From NCBI GenBank assembly GCA_041288095.1, contig JBGGMJ010000036.1:1-24288 (forward strand): a DNA stretch of 24,288 nucleotides, in the 5' to 3' direction. Both the position numbers and the translations under genes were made by a program. The DNA comes from Myxococcota bacterium. GTDB taxonomy: Bacteria; Myxococcota; XYA12-FULL-58-9; JALHOP01. Below the pieces are notes generated by a model. It saw nothing but the letters and a program-made list of their open reading frames with translations, was not told the origin of the DNA and did not search any database. Every line of letters begins with the position of its first letter. Position 1 is the first letter of the stretch. Positions 1-9,296 of this stretch are shown one piece after another.

Positions 1-1224
1 CCGACCGGCAGCGAGAGCAGCTGGACCAGCGGTCAGATTCTGCGGCCTCTCGACCGACACAAATCGAGCCTCGTGGTTCTCGACCGCATCAACAATCAGT
101 CGGCGTTCCTCTCGAGCGCCGAGAGCACCCTTACCTATGAGGAGCGCCTGGCAAACCCCGGAGCGCCGCATGATCGCGCCGTCGGCCAACTGCTGACCGG
201 CCGGCGTTTGCCGCCCGGCCCGTACGCGCATCCCGACACCAAGATCCCGCCGTGTGGCTATCCGCAGGGCGAGTCCATCGACCAGTTCATCGCCCGCCGC
301 CTTCCGACATCGACCCCGCTGCGCTCGCTGGAGCTCGGCGTCACGGTGAATCCCACCGGCGCACGCCCATACACCCGGATGATCTACGACGCGGCGGGGA
401 ACCCCTTGCCGCCCATCAGTAACCCCCAAGACGCCTTCACACGGGTTACGAGCCGCTTTCCCGATGACACACCCACGTCCACGCCGGACCCGGCCAAGGC
501 CAAGCGTGGTGCCATTTTAGCGGACATCGAAAGTGACTTCGCTCGGCTCCTGCCTAGTCTCTCTCGGGACGACCGTCGCTTGCTCGACTCGCACTGGGAG
601 TCGGTGAAGAGCCTTCGAGCCTCGCTTGCCGATGCGCCGGTCGAAGGGTTGGTGTGCACCGAGCCCGGTATGTCCGCGCCGTCGCGCGCGACGTTCGAAG
701 AGTATTCGAAGCTCCAGATCCGCGTCATGGTGGCGGCGCTCGCCTGCGGTGTCACCCGCGTCGGTAGCATCATGTACTCGACCGGTCAGGGCGCGCAGAC
801 CTTCAACTGGCTCGATGCCTCGATCAACGAACAACATCACGACCTGTCGCACACCAACGTGAACAATCCCGACAACGCGGCGAAGACGCAGAAGCTCACC
901 CTCATCAACGCGTGGTACGCAACCCAGGTCGCGACCCTGCTCGACGAGCTCGCGGCGGTGCCGGAGGGCGAGGGCACGATGCTCGACTACACGGCGGTGC
1001 TCTGGGTCAACGAGCTCTCCGACGGCTGGGCCCACAAGTTCAACAACATTCCCTACGTCCTAGCGGGTGGGTCGAAGGCGGGCATCGAAACCGGCCGCTT
1101 CGTCAACTGTGGCGATGCACCGCACAACAATCTGCTGCTCGCGATTGCACACAAGATGGGGGTGACTGAGCCGTCGTTCGGCGAAGCCCAGTTCTGCACC
1201 GGACCGCTCGCCGCGCTGATGTGA
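1..1224 (+). CDS. DUF1552 (HXXSHH) domain protein, 5'-truncated by the window edge
   Basis: Frame 1 is open from base 1 (PTGSESSWTSGQILRPLDRHKSSLVVLD...), so the true start lies upstream. Family-typical motifs: SIDQFIA, SLELGV, P..NPQDAF.R, ALACGVTRV, HHDLSH, L..L..VPEGEGTMLD.T.VLW.NELSDG..H...NIPYVLAGG, HNNLL..IA..MG. Confidence 0.85.
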   Translation, partial: PTGSESSWTSGQILRPLDRHKSSLVVLDRINNQSAFLSSAESTLTYEERLANPGAPHDRAVGQLLTGRRLPPGPYAHPDTKIPPCGYPQGESIDQFIARRLPTSTPLRSLELGVTVNPTGARPYTRMIYDAAGNPLPPISNPQDAFTRVTSRFPDDTPTSTPDPAKAKRGAILADIESDFARLLPSLSRDDRRLLDSHWESVKSLRASLADAPVEGLVCTEPGMSAPSRATFEEYSKLQIRVMVAALACGVTRVGSIMYSTGQGAQTFNWLDASINEQHHDLSHTNVNNPDNAAKTQKLTLINAWYATQVATLLDELAAVPEGEGTMLDYTAVLWVNELSDGWAHKFNNIPYVLAGGSKAGIETGRFVNCGDAPHNNLLLAIAHKMGVTEPSFGEAQFCTGPLAALM

Positions 1225-2397
1225 CTACTCGCGCGCCGTACGGACCCAGGTCTTGTCCCGCTTGGAGACTCGCGCGAACGTCAGCTTCCAGACGACGTAG
1301 ACCGGCGCGTAGGCGAGGGCGGTGACGGCGCCGAACCCCAACCCCGAATGCTGCATGCCGCGCACCACGTAGAGGAACAGGCACGCCCAGCCGACCGCCC
1401 AGAGGTACATGCCCGGCGTGGCGAAGCCCGAGAGGGCCCACAGGGCCGCCTCGAGCAGGGTGAACACGAAGAGGACGATGCCGAGGGTCGCCAGGGGCGG
1501 GACGAGGACGTCCATCGCCAGATCGAGGAGCATCGCCGAGCGCTTGGCGAGCGCCGCGCCAATGAGTGGCCGCACCATGGCGCGCTGCTGGGCGCGACCG
1601 CCTTCCCAGCGTTTGCGCTGACTCACCGCCGCCTTGCCGCCGGAGACCATCTCACCCGCCACCCAAGCGTCCGAAGCGTAGGCGACGCGGTAACCGTTTT
1701 TGCCGAGCAGGATGCCGTACTCGAGGTCTTCGACCAGGCCGTACGCTTTGTGCGGCACCTTGGCGAGTAGCGGTACGCTAAAGCACATGCCGTTGCCGCG
1801 CAGGCCGCAGGATAGGCCCAGGCGCTCACGGCCCAACGAGCGGGTGCGGTGGAACATGGCCAGCGCCACGGTCATCAGGCGCGTGCGCCAAGATGCCCGC
1901 GGGTTGCGCACTCCGTACTCCGCTTGCGCGGCCGCTTCGCCGGCCACCAGCAACGCGTCGAACGAGCGCAGGAGGTTTACGGAAGCGAGGCTGTCGGCGT
2001 CGATCACCACGACCGCGTCGCCCAGATTTTCGCGCGCCACGTGCTCGAAGGCGAGCTCGAGCGCATAGCCCTTGCCGCGCAGCTCGTTGTTCTGGCGCTC
2101 GAGAACCAGCGCGCCTGCTTCACGCGCCCGCGCGGCGGTGGCATCGGAACAGTTGTCCGCGACCACCAAGACCTTACGAAGCTCCGTTGGATAGTCGACG
2201 GCGAGAGCGCTCTGCACGGTCGCGGCGATGCCGGCTTCCTCGTCGTGCGCCGGGACTACGACGACGAAGCGCGTCCGTGCCCCGCCGTACGCCTGGGCGC
2301 GCGGAACGCTCGCTAAAACGGACAACAAGCCCAAATAAGCGAGCAGCGGAACGAAGAACAGCGCGACGCCGAACGATGCCCAGATGGCTATGGTCAT
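1225..2397 (-). CDS. epsU: Family 2 glycosyltransferase, membrane-anchored (EpsU-like)
   Basis: N-terminal TM helix; VVVPAHDEE, ADNCSD, GKG.AL, IDAD, EDLE and QRKRW (D,D,D,QxxRW-type) motifs; C-terminal TM helices. Start overlaps the upstream stop (ATGA). Symbol assigned by synteny with the M. xanthus eps locus. Confidence 0.88.
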   Translation of the reverse strand: MTIAIWASFGVALFFVPLLAYLGLLSVLASVPRAQAYGGARTRFVVVVPAHDEEAGIAATVQSALAVDYPTELRKVLVVADNCSDATAARAREAGALVLERQNNELRGKGYALELAFEHVARENLGDAVVVIDADSLASVNLLRSFDALLVAGEAAAQAEYGVRNPRASWRTRLMTVALAMFHRTRSLGRERLGLSCGLRGNGMCFSVPLLAKVPHKAYGLVEDLEYGILLGKNGYRVAYASDAWVAGEMVSGGKAAVSQRKRWEGGRAQQRAMVRPLIGAALAKRSAMLLDLAMDVLVPPLATLGIVLFVFTLLEAALWALSGFATPGMYLWAVGWACLFLYVVRGMQHSGLGFGAVTALAYAPVYVVWKLTFARVSKRDKTWVRTARE

Positions 2398-3851
2398 GGA
2401 CGCAGGCGCGGCGGCGGCTCGCGGATCTCACCCAAGAGAGGCACGCCGACGAAGCGGGGCACCTGCCACGGCTCGACGATACGACCCGAGACGATGTCCG
2501 CCGCGATCGCCAGCGCGAGTCCCAAGAAGATGGCCGCGATGAGGCCCGACATGACGATCATCGGCTTCTTCGGCTTGACCGGCTTGCGCGGAAAGACGGG
2601 CGGCTGGGTGATGAGGTAGCGGTAGGTGAAACCGGCGGTCGCGGTTTGCACTTCGATGCGCGCGTCCTCCAAACGGCGGAAGATCTCGCTCTGGCTGCGC
2701 TCGATGCGCTCGTACTCGCTCATCGCCTGGTCGAGGTCGGGGTTCGGCTGCTTGTCGTTCGACATGGTGACGATGGGACGCGAGGCCGCGGCAGCCGCCG
2801 CTTGCGGTGTCGCGCCGGAGGCGATGAGGAGGCGGTTGAGCTGCATCGACATGCGCGCTTCTTCGGTGCGCAGGCCCGCCAGCTCCTCGGGAGGCCGTGA
2901 CATGAGGTCGAGGTTATGGTTGGCGTTGATGACGTCGGGGTGGTTCGGACCCAAGGTGCCGCGCAGCTTGTTCAGGTGGTCTTGGGCGCCTTGCAGCCGC
3001 GACTGGTAACCTTTTTCGAGGTCCGCGATAGCGGCGCGCTTCGTCCGCAGGTCTTCTTCGAGCTCGCGCTGGGCACCGCTGTCGCCGCGGGTCGGAGCCG
3101 TACGGGGCTTTTCGGGATCGCGTTCACGCTGCACGACGCGGGCGCCCGGCGTGCGCATCGCCACCTCCCTGATGCGGTCGGCGGCACGGTCGAGAGCCGG
3201 CTGACCTTCGGTCACCTGACGCTCGAGGATCTTCACCGTCTCGTGGATCTCGGAGAGCTCGCGGTGCTTGCGGCCGTCGAGGAAGCGCTTCTGGGCAGTG
3301 TCGAGGATACGCACCGCCATGCCGGGGTCATGCCACTCGAGAGTCATGACGACGATCTTCTCGTCTTCGGTGAAAGCGCTAAAGCGGTCATCGAGGATGC
3401 TGATCAGCGCCTGCTGCTTGTCCTCGTAGGAGAGCTCACCGAAGATCGTCGTGCGAATCTTGTCGAGGACGCGGCCGAGCGGGGTGCGCGTCGTCTCCCA
3501 GGTGCCGGCAAGGTCGGCGTCTTCGATGATGCCGCGCAGGTTCTCGCGCGACTTGATGACCTCGACGGCGCCGTCGACGGCCGATTGCGCCTGCCATGGA
3601 ATCGAGCGGCCGGGCGTCGCGAGGGCCGGGATGATGTAGTTGGTGTGCGTGAGGATGCGCGACTGCACACGGTACAGCGGCGGCATGAAGTACAGGGCGA
3701 CGAGGGTCAGCACCATGACGCCGCAGAAGACCGCGATGCCGAGCTTTCGGTGCCGCTTGATGGAGCGCCGGGCGAAGCCCAGAAGGAGCTTGACGCTACC
3801 GAGGTTGAAATCGAGATCGCCGGACTTCGAATAAGATGGGCGCTGCGCCAC
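2394..3851 (-). CDS. epsV: Polysaccharide co-polymerase (Wzz/Wzc/GumC-type, no kinase domain; EpsV-like)
   Basis: N-terminal TM followed by 'MPPLYRVQSRIL', long predicted coiled-coil periplasmic region, Pro-rich 'PPVFPRKPVKPKK' before the second TM, 'VGVPLLGEI' end. GTG start preceded by AAGGAG. Symbol by synteny. Confidence 0.85.
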   Translation of the reverse strand: MAQRPSYSKSGDLDFNLGSVKLLLGFARRSIKRHRKLGIAVFCGVMVLTLVALYFMPPLYRVQSRILTHTNYIIPALATPGRSIPWQAQSAVDGAVEVIKSRENLRGIIEDADLAGTWETTRTPLGRVLDKIRTTIFGELSYEDKQQALISILDDRFSAFTEDEKIVVMTLEWHDPGMAVRILDTAQKRFLDGRKHRELSEIHETVKILERQVTEGQPALDRAADRIREVAMRTPGARVVQRERDPEKPRTAPTRGDSGAQRELEEDLRTKRAAIADLEKGYQSRLQGAQDHLNKLRGTLGPNHPDVINANHNLDLMSRPPEELAGLRTEEARMSMQLNRLLIASGATPQAAAAAASRPIVTMSNDKQPNPDLDQAMSEYERIERSQSEIFRRLEDARIEVQTATAGFTYRYLITQPPVFPRKPVKPKKPMIVMSGLIAAIFLGLALAIAADIVSGRIVEPWQVPRFVGVPLLGEIREPPPRLRP

Positions 3852-3878
3852 GTGTTGCTCCTTAGGCGTTCACGATAA

Positions 3879-4268
3879 TCACCGTTTGAGCAGCGTCTTT
3901 ACCGCCTCGACGAATTCTTTCTTTTTGAAGGGCTTGGAAATGTATTTGGTGACGCCGACTTCACGCGCTCGCGCGTGATCTTCCAAGCTATTGCGGCCAG
4001 TTACGACGAGGACAGGGACCTTCGAGGTGGCGTCCTTCTCGCGGACCCGCTCGCACAGCTCGAACCCGCTCATGGACGGCAAGTTGAGATCGAGGATGAG
4101 CAGCTGGGGCACTTCCTTCTCGATGTGCTCGAGGGCGGTGATCCCGTCATCGACCTCGATCACCCGTAGGGAGAGGGTCTTCAAGTAGCCGGAGATGACG
4201 CGACGCGCGTCCACGTCGTCCTCGGCTACGATGACCAGCGGTGTTCTCTCTGACTGAGGTGACATCAT
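3879..4268 (-). CDS. epsW: Single-domain response regulator (CheY-like receiver; EpsW-like)
   Basis: Receiver motifs intact: VAEDD, phosphoacceptor ILDLNLP, SGFELC, VVTG, YISKPF; no output domain. Probable ATG at 4268 or 4265, not the ORF-track 4310. Symbol by synteny. Confidence 0.88.
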   Translation of the reverse strand: MMSPQSERTPLVIVAEDDVDARRVISGYLKTLSLRVIEVDDGITALEHIEKEVPQLLILDLNLPSMSGFELCERVREKDATSKVPVLVVTGRNSLEDHARAREVGVTKYISKPFKKKEFVEAVKTLLKR

Positions 4269-4293
4269 AGTGTGAAGCCTTAGATCCCCCGTA

Positions 4294-4476
4294 TCACGAC
4301 GACATCGCAAGTAGGCGTGGGTAAATGAATAGTAACGCGAATACCCAGAGTCCCATGAAGATCAAAAAGCCCGCGACACACCGACGTAAGCCACGTTTCG
4401 GGTCCTCGTCATAGGACGTGACGATCGGAAGCACGAACGTCACCAGCAACACCGATATGAGAAGCAGTTTCTCCAA
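4294..4476 (-). CDS. Small (60 aa) two-TM membrane protein of unknown function
   Basis: TTG start 3 nt after the beta-barrel stop; two hydrophobic segments separated by a charged loop (YDEDPKRGLRR); fills the gap in the operon. Confidence 0.7.
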   Translation of the reverse strand: MEKLLLISVLLVTFVLPIVTSYDEDPKRGLRRCVAGFLIFMGLWVFALLFIYPRLLAMSS

Positions 4477-4479
4477 GGG

Positions 4480-5751
4480 TCACCATACAGGGGTCGCGCC
4501 GTGGAACGCGAGGTACAGGATGACCTCAGGGCGATTCCAGTGCCCGACCACTTCCGTGTAGTCCTCGAGCCGCTCGGTAATCAATGCCCCGAGCTCGACG
4601 CGCGCCGTACGAGAAAGCGTGCGGATGAGCACCGGGTTCAAGATCGCGAACACGTCCTGATCGATGTACGGCTGGTTCGTGCTGGTGAACTCGAAGTCAC
4701 CCGGGATGTAGACGCTGAAGTCGATCCTCGCGAGGTAGAGGCGCGAGAGCACGATGTTGTTGCCCACGCCGAAGGCGATGCGCTGCTGCAGAACGCCCTG
4801 CACCGGATCGTAGAAGGGCAGGAGATTGAGGGAAAAGCGCGTGGAGTACATGTAGCCGGCGCCGCGCCAGGCGATGCCACCGACCACGAGGCTCATCACC
4901 GGCATCATCCGCTCTTCGGTGCCGGTGCGAGGGGGCAGCAAGCCGCCGCCGACCATCCACTCCGGGATCTGTCGCGAGCCGTACTGCGTGCCCGAGAACT
5001 GCACGCCGGCGCGTACGTTGATGTTGACCTGGCGGTCGGAGCGGTAGTCGTAGCTCAACGCCGGCGTGATGGCGTTGTAGTAGGGGCCGCCGTCGAACCA
5101 GATCTCGCGGTACTCGGCCTCGGCGGCGATGCTGTTGCGTACATCGAGCAGGCGGGTGACCTTGGCGCTGCCACCGACGAAGTCCTGCTTGCGGAAGAAC
5201 TGGAAGCTCTGCTGTCCGGGCGCGGGGCCCGTGTGACCGGTGAGCCCCTGAAAGTCGACACGCGTGAAGCGTCCGAACTGCTGGGTGAGCCCTACGAACG
5301 CTTGCGCGGACGCGTAGCTCAAGATGCGGTTCTCGGGGATGGTGAAGATGGTCGCTTGCTCGGGATTCAACAGGCGCCGGGCGCGGTAGAAGTCGATCTG
5401 ACCCGCCGTGACGTTGCCGTTGGCGTAGACCGTGGTGAAGCGCGTCAGGCGGTAGCCGGCGGAGAGCTGCGCGTTGTGCAACGTCAGTGCGTTGGTGTTG
5501 CCGAAGGCGTTGGTGAGCAGGAACTGTGGCGTGTACGACAGGCGCAGCTCGCTGCGGTTGCCGAGCAAGCGCAAGGCGAGCGTCGGCGACAGCTCCGTCG
5601 AGAGCGTGGTCGCGGTGCCGAGGCTCTGTCCCTGCACGCCGTTGATGGTCGTGACCAGCGGGATGAAGCCGACCCGGTTCTCGTTGCGTAAGCCGACCAC
5701 CAACTGCACCGAAGTGAGCTGGAGGGCGGCGACCAGTGCCCAACTCAGCAT
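4480..5751 (-). CDS. epsX: Outer-membrane beta-barrel partner of the OPX protein (EpsX/Wzp-like)
   Basis: N-terminal signal-like segment; many amphipathic alternating strands (LRLSYTPQF, LSAGYRLT, ALSYDYR, INVRAGVQFS); C-terminal aromatic residue (W); lies directly after a short OPX gene, as epsX follows epsY. Confidence 0.72.
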   Translation of the reverse strand: MLSWALVAALQLTSVQLVVGLRNENRVGFIPLVTTINGVQGQSLGTATTLSTELSPTLALRLLGNRSELRLSYTPQFLLTNAFGNTNALTLHNAQLSAGYRLTRFTTVYANGNVTAGQIDFYRARRLLNPEQATIFTIPENRILSYASAQAFVGLTQQFGRFTRVDFQGLTGHTGPAPGQQSFQFFRKQDFVGGSAKVTRLLDVRNSIAAEAEYREIWFDGGPYYNAITPALSYDYRSDRQVNINVRAGVQFSGTQYGSRQIPEWMVGGGLLPPRTGTEERMMPVMSLVVGGIAWRGAGYMYSTRFSLNLLPFYDPVQGVLQQRIAFGVGNNIVLSRLYLARIDFSVYIPGDFEFTSTNQPYIDQDVFAILNPVLIRTLSRTARVELGALITERLEDYTEVVGHWNRPEVILYLAFHGATPVW

Positions 5752-5760
5752 CGGAACCGC

Positions 5761-6345
5761 CTACTCGACAACGATGACGTCACCGTCGCGCAAGGCAAAG
5801 GCGAGTGAGCGGCTACGACCGGCCACCAGGTCGCGATAGCGGAAGCGCACGCGAGTTGCCTCGGCCGCGCCTCGGACCACGAAGATGGAGCTCGCGTCCG
5901 CGAACTCGGTGAGGCCACCCGCGCGAGCCAGAATGTGCAAGACCGTCTCGCCGGAGCGCACCGGATACGCGCCGGCGGCGCGCACCTCGCCGATCACCGA
6001 GACGGTGACCTCGCGCGCTTCGTCGACCGTCACCGTGACGTTCGGCTCGACCACCAGCCCTTGCAGGCGGCGCTTGATTTGCACGGCGGCGTCCGGCGCG
6101 GTGAGACCCGAGACCGCAAGGTCGCCGACCAGAGGCACGGTGGCGACGCCGTCGGCGCGGACCCGTACCGGGCCGGACAGCTGCGGTTGGTTCCACACCA
6201 GCACCGAGAGGCGGTCGCCGGGGCGGATGGCGTAGGTCTCGGGCTCGTGCCGCTCGAGCGGCATTTGCTCGGCCCAAACGTACTTACCGGAGGCGCACGC
6301 GGCGCTGCCGAGGAAGAGAACGCAAACCAAAAGCCAACGCATCAT
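5761..6345 (-). CDS. epsY: Short polysaccharide export (OPX/Wza-family) lipoprotein, Poly_export + SLBB (EpsY-like)
   Basis: Lipoprotein-type signal MMRWLLVCVLFLGSAA-C; PES motif YAIRPGDRLSV.VW...LSG.VRVRADG....PLVG; SLBB VSVIGEV..AG.Y / AGGLTEFA; ends at LRDGDVIVVE with no C-terminal helix. Start reassigned to ATG 6345 (AGGA upstream). Confidence 0.9.
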   Translation of the reverse strand: MMRWLLVCVLFLGSAACASGKYVWAEQMPLERHEPETYAIRPGDRLSVLVWNQPQLSGPVRVRADGVATVPLVGDLAVSGLTAPDAAVQIKRRLQGLVVEPNVTVTVDEAREVTVSVIGEVRAAGAYPVRSGETVLHILARAGGLTEFADASSIFVVRGAAEATRVRFRYRDLVAGRSRSLAFALRDGDVIVVE

Positions 6346-6352
6346 ATCGATC

Positions 6353-7918
6353 CTATTCTGCTGCCTGTGGAGCCGGAGCTCCGCGTCGTCGCGACAATGC
6401 ACTCGAAAGATGATGCAGCATCTCACGTAAGGGAATAGCCCCGAGCACGGTTCCCAGCGCCACATAGGCCACGAGCTCGACCGGGGCACGCCACAAGCTT
6501 AGGGGATGGGTAGAGTCTGGTGCAAAAAGGGGCAAGACCTGGTGCAAGCCGGCGACCGCGGCGCAGACCAGAGCGAGCTTTCCCATGTTGCCGGCAAAGG
6601 CGCGGTCCGGACCGGCCTTGCCCAGGGCAACGAAGAAGAGGGTCGCGACGATGGTCTCGCTCGTGAGCGAGGCCGCCGCAGCGCCCATGCCGGAACCACC
6701 AGGGCCGAACCACTGACCGCCCAGCGGAATGGTCGCGAAGTTGAGCAGCGGGTGGATGACGAGGCCGATGACCGCGACGCGCGTCACTTTCCACACCCTG
6801 TCGAGCTGCACGAGGTGCGAGGCGCTGACCACGCACACGTACGAGAGCGGGATGACCGGCGCCAAGATCTGCAGGGTGCGGGCCGACGGCGCATATTCGG
6901 CGCCGAAGAGCAGGCTCACCACCGCATGCGCATGCAGCACCAGCATGAGCGTGAGCGGCACCGCCAGGACCAAGACGATACGCAGGGTGCCGCGCATCAT
7001 GCCGTCGAGCGCCTCGGGCGACTCCTTCATGACGCGTGAGCTCATGGGGAGGAGGACGGCGTTCATGATCGGCAGCACCAGCAACGCGAGCAGATTGATG
7101 TTCACGGCGGCGCCGTACCAAGCGGTCTCGGCGTCGCTGATCATCCACGAGAGCATGATCGAATCGACGCGCGCGTAGATGTCGTGCGCGAGGTAGTTCA
7201 GATAGAAGGGGAGCGCCGAGGCAATGACCGCGAAAGCGGCCTTGGTCTCCCAGCGCAGCTCGAGCTTCACGTATTTGCGGCAGATGGCGATGAGCGCCAG
7301 CATCTTGCCGGCCTCGGTCACGAAGAAGGCGCCGGCGACCAGCAGCAAGGCACCGTGGAATGCCAGCGCCCCGACCACCAGGGCGCCCCAGATGATCTTG
7401 CTCGAGACGTTGATCAGCGCGAGCTCTCGCACCTCGCCGCGGGCGTTGAGGATGGCCTGGAGCGTCGTGTTGAAGGTGAAGAAGAGCTGCCCGAAGGCGA
7501 AGACGAAGACGAGCTGCCACTCGAGGGTGCTCTTCCCCATGAGGAAGAGGATGGCCGCCATGATGGCGAATACGAGCACCGTCATGAGACCGCGCAGGAG
7601 GATGACCCCACCGATGAAGTCGGAGGCGTGCTCGACGCGCGTTGCGATCTCGCGGTTGATGTACGTGTCGACGCCGAGGTTCAAGAACACGAACGCGGCC
7701 GCCGTGAACGACTCGGCGAAGTAGACCTGCCCGAAGATGTCGGGGCCCAGGTAGCGCGGCATCCAGAAGCGCACCGCGATGGCCACGCCCAAGGTCGCGA
7801 CCAACGAGCCGGTAAGCATCAACGCATTACGCAGCGCCTTGGTCGTCTCGTGAGCGACCGTGCTGGATGGAGTCACGTCTGCTTTCGCGGATGTCCCGAT
7901 GAGGTTAGCTAGCGCCAC
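6353..7918 (-). CDS. wzx: Wzx-type oligosaccharide flippase (MOP superfamily)
   Basis: About 12-14 hydrophobic segments; 'RYLGPDIFG', 'LGVDTYINREIA', 'IYARVDSIML', 'WYGAA', 'LLFGAEYAPSA..LQILA' are typical of polysaccharide flippases. Confidence 0.88.
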   Translation of the reverse strand: MALANLIGTSAKADVTPSSTVAHETTKALRNALMLTGSLVATLGVAIAVRFWMPRYLGPDIFGQVYFAESFTAAAFVFLNLGVDTYINREIATRVEHASDFIGGVILLRGLMTVLVFAIMAAILFLMGKSTLEWQLVFVFAFGQLFFTFNTTLQAILNARGEVRELALINVSSKIIWGALVVGALAFHGALLLVAGAFFVTEAGKMLALIAICRKYVKLELRWETKAAFAVIASALPFYLNYLAHDIYARVDSIMLSWMISDAETAWYGAAVNINLLALLVLPIMNAVLLPMSSRVMKESPEALDGMMRGTLRIVLVLAVPLTLMLVLHAHAVVSLLFGAEYAPSARTLQILAPVIPLSYVCVVSASHLVQLDRVWKVTRVAVIGLVIHPLLNFATIPLGGQWFGPGGSGMGAAAASLTSETIVATLFFVALGKAGPDRAFAGNMGKLALVCAAVAGLHQVLPLFAPDSTHPLSLWRAPVELVAYVALGTVLGAIPLREMLHHLSSALSRRRGAPAPQAAE

Positions 7919-9296
7919 GACCGGCGATCACCACCGGGAATGTCTGCAAGATGAGCCGCATGTCAACCGAGAGGCTCCAGTGATCGACATAGCGCAGGTC
8001 GAGACGCATCCACTCTTCGAAGCCGATGGCGTTGCGGCCACCGACTTGCCAGTAGCACGTGAGGCCCGGGCGGACCGATAGGCGGCGGCGCTGCCACACT
8101 TTGTATTGGGCGACCTCGGACGGGAGCGCGGGGCGCGGGCCGACGATGGTCATGTCGCCGCGGAGGATGTTGATGAGCTGCGGCAGCTCGTCGATCGAGT
8201 ACTTACGGATGAAGCGACCGATCGGCGTGATGCGCGGGTCGTGCTTCATCTTGAAGACCGGACCGGTCTGCTCGTTCATCTTCATCAGCTTCTCTTTCAA
8301 GGCTTCCGCGTCGACGACCATCGACCGAAACTTGAGGAGGCTGAAGTGCGCGCCGTGCAGGCCGACACGCGTCTGGCGGAAGAAAACCGGGCCCTTCGAG
8401 GTCAGCTTGATGACCGAGGCGACGCCGATGAGCAGCGGCGACAGCATCACGAGCGCGACCGACGAGGCGGCGATGTCGATGAGACGCTTCACCGCGTATT
8501 GGACCGGCGCGGTGCGGGTGGACAGATAGTGCAGGTAGCCGTCGGTGTTACGCGAGGTCGACAAGAGCGCCGCGCGCTCGTATCGAAGTGAGTGGACCGG
8601 CACCGCGAACGGCATGCCGATGCGCTCGCACGAGGTCGCGACCTCTTGCATCTCGCCACCTTGCGAGAGTACGCGGCCGGCGATGTAGACCTCGTTCACG
8701 GGACGCTGTTGCAAGGTCTCGAGTAACGAGTCGACGGTGCCGCTGACCGGAACGCGAATGCCGTAGGGCAGGGGCGGGTCGCTCTTGAAGCGCAGGAAGC
8801 CGACGACGCGGCGACCGCTGTTGCCTTCGTTCAAGCGATAGTAGGTCGACACGCCGAGGGCGCCGGTGCCGACGATGAGCACGTCTTCGAGCGGCTCGTC
8901 GATGCGGCTGAAGGCCGACAAGAAGGTGAGGCGGCAGAGGCAGCTCGCCGCGGCGAGCACGACGGCGAAGGTGAGGAACGAGACCGCGTCGCTCTTGTCG
9001 CTGTAGAGCACCCAGTCCACGATTGCGGTCGACACGGTGACGGTGACCGCGGCGATGCCCGTGAGGACCATGTTGTCCCAGCGGCTACGCGGGGTGCAGG
9101 CGGAGTAGAGGCGGAGGAAGACGGCGGTGCACAGCCAGGCGAGCAAGGCCACGGCCAGGAGCACGAAAACACGAGTTTGAAGGATTTCGTGAGTTCTGAG
9201 CGCTGCCAAGAGCGTCAGGACGGTGAAGCAGCAATCGAAGAAGAGATTGAGCTTGGCGCCGATGCCTGGTGTTAGTTTGTCGAACTTCGCGTTCAT
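7905..9296 (-). CDS. epsZ: Polyprenyl-phosphate hexose-1-phosphate transferase (WbaP/WcaJ-type large monoPGT; EpsZ-like)
   Basis: Four N-terminal TMs, Rossmann-like 'VLIVGTG' domain, catalytic domain KRLIDI...KFRSM...DPRIT..G.FIRKYSIDELPQLINILRGDMTIVGPRP...RPGLT..WQV.GR...LDLRYV. Confidence 0.93.
   Translation of the reverse strand: MNAKFDKLTPGIGAKLNLFFDCCFTVLTLLAALRTHEILQTRVFVLLAVALLAWLCTAVFLRLYSACTPRSRWDNMVLTGIAAVTVTVSTAIVDWVLYSDKSDAVSFLTFAVVLAAASCLCRLTFLSAFSRIDEPLEDVLIVGTGALGVSTYYRLNEGNSGRRVVGFLRFKSDPPLPYGIRVPVSGTVDSLLETLQQRPVNEVYIAGRVLSQGGEMQEVATSCERIGMPFAVPVHSLRYERAALLSTSRNTDGYLHYLSTRTAPVQYAVKRLIDIAASSVALVMLSPLLIGVASVIKLTSKGPVFFRQTRVGLHGAHFSLLKFRSMVVDAEALKEKLMKMNEQTGPVFKMKHDPRITPIGRFIRKYSIDELPQLINILRGDMTIVGPRPALPSEVAQYKVWQRRRLSVRPGLTCYWQVGGRNAIGFEEWMRLDLRYVDHWSLSVDMRLILQTFPVVIAGRGAS

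Noticed and set aside
1225-2397. GT2 as a cellulose or PNAG synthase of a synthase-dependent pathway
   Set aside because: QxxRW is present, but the protein is short, has no PilZ or partner genes, and sits in a PGT/Wzx/co-polymerase operon at the epsU position.
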